A model generated the notes under the pieces. It had not been told where the DNA came from. It made no database searches and was given only the letters and a program-made list of their open reading frames with translations. Below are positions 28,382 through 34,946 of a stretch of DNA of 64,000 nt, piece after piece. The stretch's first letter is position 1. Every line of letters starts with the position of its first letter. Both the position numbers and the translations under genes were made by a program. Source of the stretch: Gemmatimonadota bacterium (lineage in GTDB: Bacteria; Gemmatimonadota; Gemmatimonadetes; Gemmatimonadales; GWC2-71-9); contig JANLPG010000095.1 of NCBI GenBank assembly GCA_031367105.1, forward strand, positions 27,142 through 91,141. The letters are read 5' to 3'.

Positions 28382-29197
28382 GTGCTGGCCGACACGGCCC
28401 GCCTCGCCTCCGAGCGCGGTTGGGCTCTGGCCGGCGACCCCGAACTCCAGTCGCTCTCTCCCGCTCCGCTCACACCGCTCGATCCCGATGCCATCGACCT
28501 GCTGGTGACCTTCGGTGGCGACGGCACGCTGCTCCGTGGCGCGCGGCGCCTGCAGGGGCGTGAAGTGCCGATTCTCGGCGTGAACTTCGGTCGGGTGGGG
28601 TTCCTCACATCGGTTGCCCGGGATGGTGCCGCGGACGCGCTGAGCGCGTTCGCCGCTGGAGAGCACCGCCTCTCAGTTCGGGCCGCGCTCCTGGCCACTG
28701 TCCGCGACGTCAATGGCGACGCCCGGGCCGACCTTGCCGCCCTGAACGATGTGGTGCTTCACAAGGGCGGTGTGGCGCGGGTGGTGCGCTTTCAGGTGCT
28801 GATCGACGGCGAGCCGATGGGACCGGTATCGGCCGATGGCCTGGTGGTTTCGACACCGACCGGGTCGACTGCCTATTCGCTCAGTGCGGGCGGGCCGGTG
28901 GTGGTCCCCAGTCTCGAAGCGATGGTCGTGACGCCGATCTGCGCGCATTCGCTTGGCGTCCGACCCCTGGTGGTCCGAGCGGACGCCGTGGTCACGGTCG
29001 ATCCACTCGACGCGCGGGTCAACGATATGCTCGTGTCGGTCGATGGACAGGAGACGGCGATGCTCGCGCCGGGCGAGCGGCTTGAGGTTCGTGCCGCGCC
29101 GTGGCGGGTGGTGCTGGTCCGCTTCGGGGAGCCCGGGTTCTTCCGGCGACTGCGAGAGAAGCTGCATTGGGGTGACCTCATCGACCGCGAGCAGTGA
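28382..29197 (+). CDS. nadK: NAD(+) kinase
   Basis: GGDGTLL motif, NDVVL and STPTGSTAYSLSAGGP. The true start is probably upstream (see finding): in-frame LRIGLVGNP precedes the first GTG/ATG. Confidence 0.88.
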   Translation: MLADTARLASERGWALAGDPELQSLSPAPLTPLDPDAIDLLVTFGGDGTLLRGARRLQGREVPILGVNFGRVGFLTSVARDGAADALSAFAAGEHRLSVRAALLATVRDVNGDARADLAALNDVVLHKGGVARVVRFQVLIDGEPMGPVSADGLVVSTPTGSTAYSLSAGGPVVVPSLEAMVVTPICAHSLGVRPLVVRADAVVTVDPLDARVNDMLVSVDGQETAMLAPGERLEVRAAPWRVVLVRFGEPGFFRRLREKLHWGDLIDREQ

Positions 29198-30858
29198 CAC
29201 TGCTCTCGCTCCGGGTCCGCGACCTCGCCACGGTCGCCGACGTGACCCTCGAACTTGCCGGTGGCCTCAACGTGCTCACCGGCGAGACCGGGGCAGGGAA
29301 GTCGATGCTGGTCGACGCGATCGCGCTGCTCCTCGGTGATCGCGCCGATCGCGCGGCGGTGCGCCCTGGCGCCGGCAAAGCCACGATCGAGGGTGTCTTC
29401 GACGCGGTGCCATCCGCCACCCGCCAGGCGCTCGAAACCGCGGGCCTTGACGCCGAGGAGTCGCTGATCCTTCGGCGGGAAGTGACCTCGGAAGGGCGGT
29501 CGCGCGCCTGGATCAACGGATCGCCTGCCACGATTGGTGCACTCGCCCGGCTGGGAGAGTCGCTCGTGGATCTGCACGGGCAGCATCAGACAGTCCAGTT
29601 GCTCGAGCCGGCGACACAGCGTGACCTGCTCGATGCCTTCGGCGATTCGCTCCCCGTGGCACGCGCCGTCGCCACGGCATTCGCGGAACTGCAGCTGCTT
29701 CGCCACCAGGCCGATGTGCTGGCAGCTCGGCGAGATGAGGCGCTGCGCCGTGCGGATTGGCTGCGCCACGTCATCACGGACATTGATACCGTGAAACCCC
29801 GCCCCGAGGAGGAGATCGCGCTTGACCGCGAGGTGCGCCGCCTCGGACACGCCAGCACGTTGGGCGAGCACGCCCGCGAGTTGCACGACGCACTCGACGG
29901 CGAGGAGGTCAGTGCCCGTGCCGCAATCGGGCGGGCCGAGCGGGCGCTGAACGCCCTCGAACGGCTCGATGGCACGGTGACGCCGTGGCGGGAGTTGCTC
30001 GACGCGGCCTACGCCCAACTCGACGAACTCGCCCGTGTCGCCGACAGGTACGCCAACGACCTCACCGAGGATCCCGGACGGCTGGATGCCCTCGAGCAGC
30101 GGCGGAATGCACTCGACGCGCTCCGGCAGAAACACGGCTCATCGCTCGAAGCGGTCCTCGCGACACGGGATGCGGCGCGCGCCGAGCTTGAACTGCTGGA
30201 CACCGCGGCATTCGATCTGCGCACCTTCGCGACGCGAATCGTGGCAGCAGAGTCAGCACTGACGCAGCTCGGCGCGGCGCTGACGCTCCGACGCCAACAG
30301 GCCGGTGAGCAGCTCGCCCGCGAAGTCAGTCGGCTACTGCCCCGGCTGGGGCTGGCGGGGGGTGAGCTGAGCGTTGCGCTGGATCCACTCGAGTCGGTCG
30401 GATCGAGTGGCACAGAACAAGTGACACTGATGATTCGATTGAATCGAGGGATGGCTGCGCAACCGCTGGCCCGGGTGGCCTCCGGAGGCGAACTCTCCCG
30501 ACTGATGCTCGCACTCAAGGTCGTGCTCGCGCGGCACGACGCCGTCCCGACGCTGGTCTTCGACGAAATCGATCAGGGAATCGGTGGCGAGGTGGGAGCT
30601 CGCGTCGGAGAGGCACTCAGTCAGATTGCGGCCGGCCATCAGGTCCTGGTGATCACACACCTGCCCCAGATCGCTGCGCGAGCGGACCATCACCTCCGCG
30701 TCGCGAAAGCCACGAGAAGCGGCATTGCGACCAGCGACGTCACGACGCTGCACGGGGAGGATCGGGTGCTGGAACTTGCCAGGATGCTGGGGGACGGAGA
30801 AGACGACGCCGCGCGGCGGCTGGCAGTCTCACTACTCCGCGGCGCGACTACTGGCTGA
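29194..30858 (+). CDS. recN: DNA repair protein RecN
   Basis: 554 aa with N-terminal Walker A GETGAGKSMLVDA, a long coiled coil, a C-terminal SMC signature ASGGELSRLMLAL and Walker B LVFDEIDQGIGG. Confidence 0.94.
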   Translation: MTLLSLRVRDLATVADVTLELAGGLNVLTGETGAGKSMLVDAIALLLGDRADRAAVRPGAGKATIEGVFDAVPSATRQALETAGLDAEESLILRREVTSEGRSRAWINGSPATIGALARLGESLVDLHGQHQTVQLLEPATQRDLLDAFGDSLPVARAVATAFAELQLLRHQADVLAARRDEALRRADWLRHVITDIDTVKPRPEEEIALDREVRRLGHASTLGEHARELHDALDGEEVSARAAIGRAERALNALERLDGTVTPWRELLDAAYAQLDELARVADRYANDLTEDPGRLDALEQRRNALDALRQKHGSSLEAVLATRDAARAELELLDTAAFDLRTFATRIVAAESALTQLGAALTLRRQQAGEQLAREVSRLLPRLGLAGGELSVALDPLESVGSSGTEQVTLMIRLNRGMAAQPLARVASGGELSRLMLALKVVLARHDAVPTLVFDEIDQGIGGEVGARVGEALSQIAAGHQVLVITHLPQIAARADHHLRVAKATRSGIATSDVTTLHGEDRVLELARMLGDGEDDAARRLAVSLLRGATTG

Positions 30859-32416
30859 CGAGTGCCTTGTAGACCCGGAACACCAGCCGGGAGGTCAGTC
30901 GCGCCGGAACCACGCCGCTCCCACTGAAGACCGTGCGCTCAATTGAGAGGCCCGCTTCCACCGGCATCCGCAAGATCCCGTCGCGGTGCCGGCCATCGTG
31001 TACGTAGCTGAAACCCAGTCCGATAATCGTCGCGTCCGACGCGGTCCCCCCATCCAGCAAGTTGGCTGCGGCGCCGGCGACGGGAGTCTGCCCCGTCACG
31101 TACCTCGTCGCATCGGCGCCCCGTCTCCGATATGAGACCAGCCCGGCAAGTGCAAGTCGCGGCGCGACCCGGAAAAACGGTTGCGCGGTGATGGTCAGGA
31201 TATCGCCGGGATCCCGGCGGACGGCGGCACGTCGGTAGGCCGGCACCAGGAGCTGGTCGCGACTCGCCACTCGGGTAAATCGATCCGACGCGAGTTGTAT
31301 CGTATAGCGCCCCTCCGCGCGCAGCCCCAGCCGATGGCGACCGAGTTCCAGTATGCCCGCGACTTCGGCGTCGATCTGCCGGTCGCCCGTGCCTTGGTCA
31401 AGGAGGTATTGCGGGCGAGGCAGCTGACCGGTGCGAAGCCGGCCTACCCCCTGGAGCCAGAGCCCCAACCAGCTTGGATCACCGGCTCGGCCGTGTTGAA
31501 TCAGCTCGGCGGTGATGCCACCTTCCATATCACCCAGCGCGACCAGCGGCTTGTCCTCTGGAGCGAGAACGCCAAAGCCGCTCGGCGAGCCGAGCAGTGC
31601 ATCGAAGCCCGCCGCATTCAGCGGAGCGGATGGCAGGGCGGGGGCGCTGGAAAATCCCGGGATCCCGAGCGACGTAGTAAAGGTGCTTCTCACGCCGGCA
31701 ACGCGCGCGAGCAGTGCGGAGCCGTCGGCACTGCGCTCAGTCGGAAGGACCACGCTCGCCAGTGCGCTGTCGGCGAACAGCGTGTACAGCGTGTTGCGGA
31801 GTAGAGGCGCCTCGGTCAGGGTCTGCTGGGCCAGCGCCTGCGCTGCAGGATTGCTGACATAGTCACCGCGGCTGAATCGGGTGGTCAAGCTGGCGATCGC
31901 TGCATCGAACTCGGTGAAGAAGGCAGTGGTTCGCGCCCGTCCCGCAGGATCGCCGATGTTTGGATCGGCGGGATTGATCCCGACCGTCGCGCCGAGCGGG
32001 TCATAGGTCGTGCGGCGTTGGGTGCGGACCGAAACAATCGGCACCGTCCCGAAGAGCGTGATCCGGCGGGTCAGGCCAAGCGCCAGCCCGATCGTCGCCG
32101 TACCACGCTGGTGCTCGGCGATTGTGGTGAGTCCACCGAGGGCGGTCGGAGCCGCTGGGCGCCCGAGGATCTCGGAGAGGCGCGATTCGAGATCGCCGAG
32201 CAATGGCGTCGTTGTGGACGTCAGCGCCGCAATGGTCAGGGGCGACCCGAGGTCACGCTTGGTTCCATCAATCCACGCGGAGGTGGCGGGGGCGAACGCA
32301 CCGCCGAACTCGATCCGCACGGTACCACGCGGCGCCGTGAGGAGTGGGAGCTGGGCTGTGAGCCGGGTTGTGGGCAACCAGACCAGCAGGAGCAGGAGGG
32401 GGGCTCGGACTCTCAT
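30848..32416 (-). CDS. hypothetical secreted / outer-membrane-like protein
   Basis: Start set at MRVRAPLLLLLVWLPTTRLTAQ (signal-peptide-like). The longer 32527 start would overlap the tRNA. 522 aa, Gly/Thr/Ala/Arg-rich with alternating-hydrophobic stretches in the C-terminal third (beta-barrel-like). No motif recognised. Confidence 0.6.
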   Translation of the reverse strand: MRVRAPLLLLLVWLPTTRLTAQLPLLTAPRGTVRIEFGGAFAPATSAWIDGTKRDLGSPLTIAALTSTTTPLLGDLESRLSEILGRPAAPTALGGLTTIAEHQRGTATIGLALGLTRRITLFGTVPIVSVRTQRRTTYDPLGATVGINPADPNIGDPAGRARTTAFFTEFDAAIASLTTRFSRGDYVSNPAAQALAQQTLTEAPLLRNTLYTLFADSALASVVLPTERSADGSALLARVAGVRSTFTTSLGIPGFSSAPALPSAPLNAAGFDALLGSPSGFGVLAPEDKPLVALGDMEGGITAELIQHGRAGDPSWLGLWLQGVGRLRTGQLPRPQYLLDQGTGDRQIDAEVAGILELGRHRLGLRAEGRYTIQLASDRFTRVASRDQLLVPAYRRAAVRRDPGDILTITAQPFFRVAPRLALAGLVSYRRRGADATRYVTGQTPVAGAAANLLDGGTASDATIIGLGFSYVHDGRHRDGILRMPVEAGLSIERTVFSGSGVVPARLTSRLVFRVYKALVSQ

Positions 32417-32475
32417 CCCGGGGAAAGGTAGCGGGAGGCGCGACGGCCGGCGCTGTGGCATATTGTTCGCAGTCG

Positions 32476-32558
32476 GCTCGGGTGGCGGAATGGCAGACGC
32501 AGGGGTCTTAAACACCCCAGGGGGCAACCCCGTGCGGGTTCGAATCCCGCCCCGAGCA
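32476..32558 (+). tRNA. tRNA-Leu (anticodon UAA)
   Basis: Acceptor gctcggg/cccgagc plus discriminator a, and a D-arm GTGGCGGAATGGCAGACGC like known tRNA-Leu. Anticodon stem-loop ggggt-CTTAAAC-acccc, long variable arm, T-arm gcggg-TTCGAAT-cccgc. CCA is not encoded. Confidence 0.9.
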
Positions 32559-32587
32559 CTTGACTACCCATTGTGGAGAATCGACGA

Positions 32588-33040
32588 ATGCAAAACGCCC
32601 GGCGTGGTTTTACGCTCATCGAGCTGCTGACCGTTATCACGATCATCGGGATTCTGGCGACCGTCGGCTTCCCCAAGCTGCAGGCCACCAAAATGAAGGC
32701 GACCCGCGCCTCGATGGTGTCGGATCTGCGGAATCTGGTCAGTGCGCAGGAAGCGTTCTTCTCGACCTACGCCGACTACGCCGGCTCGATCACATCGGGT
32801 GCAGACGTCGCCGGGTCGCCCTCCAGCTCCGGCGCGCTCGCTTTTCGGCTTAGCCCAGGCAACGCGATCGTCCTTTCCCGGATGAGCCCGAACAGCGCGA
32901 CCGGCCCGGGATGGACTGCGACGATCACCAACCCCGCGATCGCAAATACCACGTTCACGACGTGTGGGATTTTTATCGGATCGATCACCTATTCGCCGAA
33001 TGCTGCCGTCACGCGCGAAGGGACGCCGACCTGCTACTGA
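32588..33040 (+). CDS. type IV pilin (prepilin-type N-terminal cleavage/methylation domain)
   Basis: MQNARRG|FTLIELLTVITIIGILATV is a class III signal peptide with Gly-1, Phe+1 and Glu+5. C-terminal Cys pair TCGIF...PTCY (D-region). SD GGAGA lies 8 nt before ATG 32588, and the track start 32573 is a GTG inside the SD. Confidence 0.9.
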   Translation: MQNARRGFTLIELLTVITIIGILATVGFPKLQATKMKATRASMVSDLRNLVSAQEAFFSTYADYAGSITSGADVAGSPSSSGALAFRLSPGNAIVLSRMSPNSATGPGWTATITNPAIANTTFTTCGIFIGSITYSPNAAVTREGTPTCY

Positions 33041-33540
33041 ACCGGCGAAGGAATCTGTCGCAACGCGTCGCCGAGAAACGAGTCGGCCGACATACGGTCG
33101 CTGAGTCGGAGTACGGTGCCATCGACGGATCCGGAAATCTGGTAGTCGGCTTCGGTGGTACGCTCGTACTGGACACCCGTTTCCACGGCGCCTGCCTCAC
33201 GCAGCGACTCCGGCAGCCTGCCCTTCGCCGCCCGGTAAGCCTCGACGCGTCCGCGTTGCAAAAAGATGGCGTAGCGCATCCTGGCTTCCCGCTGAACCGC
33301 CGAGAGGGTGATGCGCGGAGGTCCGCCGAAGAGGAACGCCGGACGCGCAACCCAGGCATAGCCGATGAAGCCCCACGCGGCGACGATGAAAAGCAACAGT
33401 CCGGGCTGGTACATGATGTGGGCCTCCCGCTCCTTCCTGGCCGCCCGGATGTGGCGGAGCTCGCCCTCGGACACCCGCTGGGAATCCAGCACGTCCCGGA
33501 GTGCCTCGCCCAGCTCGTGCTGTGGCTTTCGGTCGGTCAT
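33034..33540 (-). CDS. hypothetical bitopic membrane protein, paralog A
   Basis: 168 aa: about 45-aa charged N-terminus, one TM (PGLLLFIVAAWGFIGYAWV), about 100-aa C-terminal domain. Clear paralog of 34047..34571 (REARMRYAIFL...RLPESLREAG...SADSFLGDAL). Confidence 0.65.
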   Translation of the reverse strand: MTDRKPQHELGEALRDVLDSQRVSEGELRHIRAARKEREAHIMYQPGLLLFIVAAWGFIGYAWVARPAFLFGGPPRITLSAVQREARMRYAIFLQRGRVEAYRAAKGRLPESLREAGAVETGVQYERTTEADYQISGSVDGTVLRLSDRMSADSFLGDALRQIPSPVQ

Positions 33541-33605
33541 CGCTCAGCGCCTCGATGGTTTCAATGGTTGCATTTGGTCCCGTCTCGGAGCGAGAATCCC
33601 GCCTG

Positions 33606-34043
33606 ATGACTTCCGCCCGCTCACTACCCACTTCGGTCGCACCGCCGTGGCAGTTCACGCTGATGAGCCTGACCGGCCTCGGTGCCGCCGCCATCCTCTG
33701 GATGCTGATCTCCAGCGGGATTGCCCGGCACAATGATACCCGTCGACACGCCGCCCTCCGGACGGAACTGCAGCGCCTCGACCAGGCCCAGTCGAGCGTT
33801 TACGCTAACAATGGGCGATTCGCAGCCTCACTCTCGACGGCGTCGGACGGAACCGGGCTTGGCTTCACGCCGACCTCCGGGTTGCAGATCGATTTTGAGG
33901 CGCTCTCGACCGAGGCGTGGCGCGCCACGGTTCGAGATACCACGCTGACGAGCGGACCCGCCAGCTGTGGAATTTTCCGAGGACCACCCGAGGCCTCCCC
34001 GCACCGCTCGGTGGTGATACCCGGGGTGATCGGCTGCTGGTGA
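33606..34043 (+). CDS. divergent pilin-like protein lacking canonical prepilin cleavage motif
   Basis: 145 aa. ...PPWQFTLMSLTGLGAAAILWMLI resembles G|FTLIEL but has Trp-Gln in place of Gly-1 and Ser at +5. The globular part aligns with the 32588 pilin, including SCGIFRGP...IGCW versus TCGIFIGS...PTCY. Confidence 0.6.
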   Translation: MTSARSLPTSVAPPWQFTLMSLTGLGAAAILWMLISSGIARHNDTRRHAALRTELQRLDQAQSSVYANNGRFAASLSTASDGTGLGFTPTSGLQIDFEALSTEAWRATVRDTTLTSGPASCGIFRGPPEASPHRSVVIPGVIGCW

Positions 34044-34046
34044 GGC

Positions 34047-34571
34047 TCACGGTCGTCGCAACTCGCTGAGGCTTTCCCCCAGAAAGGCATCCGCCGATCC
34101 GCTGCTCGTCAGCTTGACGCCCACCGCGTCCTCGCTGCCCACTAATTCGTAGCTTCGCTCGCCCGTCACGATCAGTTGAATCGTTGGATCGCCCACACCC
34201 GCTTCGCCCAGGAACGATGGCAAGCGCTTGTTCGTCGTCAGGAAGCGCCGCACCGCGCCATCGGCCAGCCAGACGCCGTAGCGGAGCGAGGCCTCCCGCC
34301 GGGCGAGGGGGGACGACCACGGCTGCCCGACGGGGGCCGAGACGAAGCCGGGCCGGAACACGACCAGCGCCGCGACGGTCAGCCAGGTGAGCAGCGCGGC
34401 CGCGAGCCACCCGCCAGAGGCGAAGGCAGGCGCATCGGGAGTCAGTGCACCGGCGCGCTGTGCTTCGATGTGTTCGAGTACCTCGGCCTGGATCTGCTCC
34501 AGCAGTCCCGCAGAGTCCGGGAGCGATCGTGGCCCCCCGAACGCAGGGCCGACACTCGAACCGCTAGCCAT
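34047..34571 (-). CDS. hypothetical bitopic membrane protein, paralog B
   Basis: 174 aa with the same architecture as paralog A (TM WLAAALLTWLTVAALVVF; REASLRYGVWL...RLPSFLGEAG...SADAFLGESL). 8-nt overlap (ATGGCTAG) with the upstream receiver gene. Confidence 0.65.
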   Translation of the reverse strand: MASGSSVGPAFGGPRSLPDSAGLLEQIQAEVLEHIEAQRAGALTPDAPAFASGGWLAAALLTWLTVAALVVFRPGFVSAPVGQPWSSPLARREASLRYGVWLADGAVRRFLTTNKRLPSFLGEAGVGDPTIQLIVTGERSYELVGSEDAVGVKLTSSGSADAFLGESLSELRRP

Positions 34572-34944
34572 CCTGGGGCGACTCGCCGGCCAGCGCCTTC
34601 AGCACCTGCTCCGGGAAGAGCCGGATGTCGATCGGCTTCGTGATATAGCCATCGAAACCCGCCGATATCGCCTTCTCGCGGTCACCCGACATTGCGTGCG
34701 CGGTGAGGGCGATGACGCGGAGATCCCGGAAGTCCGAGGCACGGATTTCGGCAAGGAGGGCAAAGCCGTCCTTCCCAGGCATCTGGATATCCATCAGGAC
34801 GAGCTCTGGCCGTCCTGCGGCGAGCGTGGCGAACAATTCCTCGCCCCCAGGCAAGCCGTGTACCTCGTGGCCTTTCAGGGTCAGCACGGTCCGGAAGAGC
34901 TTCATATTGTCGGGGCTGTCCTCGACGATCAGGATCTTGGCCAC
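34564..34944 (-). CDS. single-domain response regulator (CheY-like receiver)
   Basis: 126 aa: ILIVEDSPDN, phospho-acceptor context LVLMDIQMPGKDG, ALTAHAM and GYITKP. GTG start 2 nt after the upstream ATPase stop. Confidence 0.9.
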   Translation of the reverse strand: MAKILIVEDSPDNMKLFRTVLTLKGHEVHGLPGGEELFATLAAGRPELVLMDIQMPGKDGFALLAEIRASDFRDLRVIALTAHAMSGDREKAISAGFDGYITKPIDIRLFPEQVLKALAGESPQDG

Positions 34945-34946
34945 GG

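Noticed and set aside
32476-32558. tRNA-Leu(UAA) as a bldA-like developmental regulator of rare TTA codons in a GC-rich genome
   Set aside because: An in-frame TTA occurs in the housekeeping gene folD (23363-23365), and I found none in the adjacent pilin gene. The window gives no evidence for TTA-restricted regulation.
32542-33603. tRNA-Leu as an integration site for a mobile island: 10-nt GAATCCCGCC repeat of the tRNA T-arm region at 33594-33603
   Set aside because: There is no integrase, recombinase or transposase gene anywhere in the island. The repeat is only 10 nt, plausible by chance in 64 kb of GC-rich DNA, and does not include the tRNA 3' end. Island GC content does not visibly differ from the flanks.
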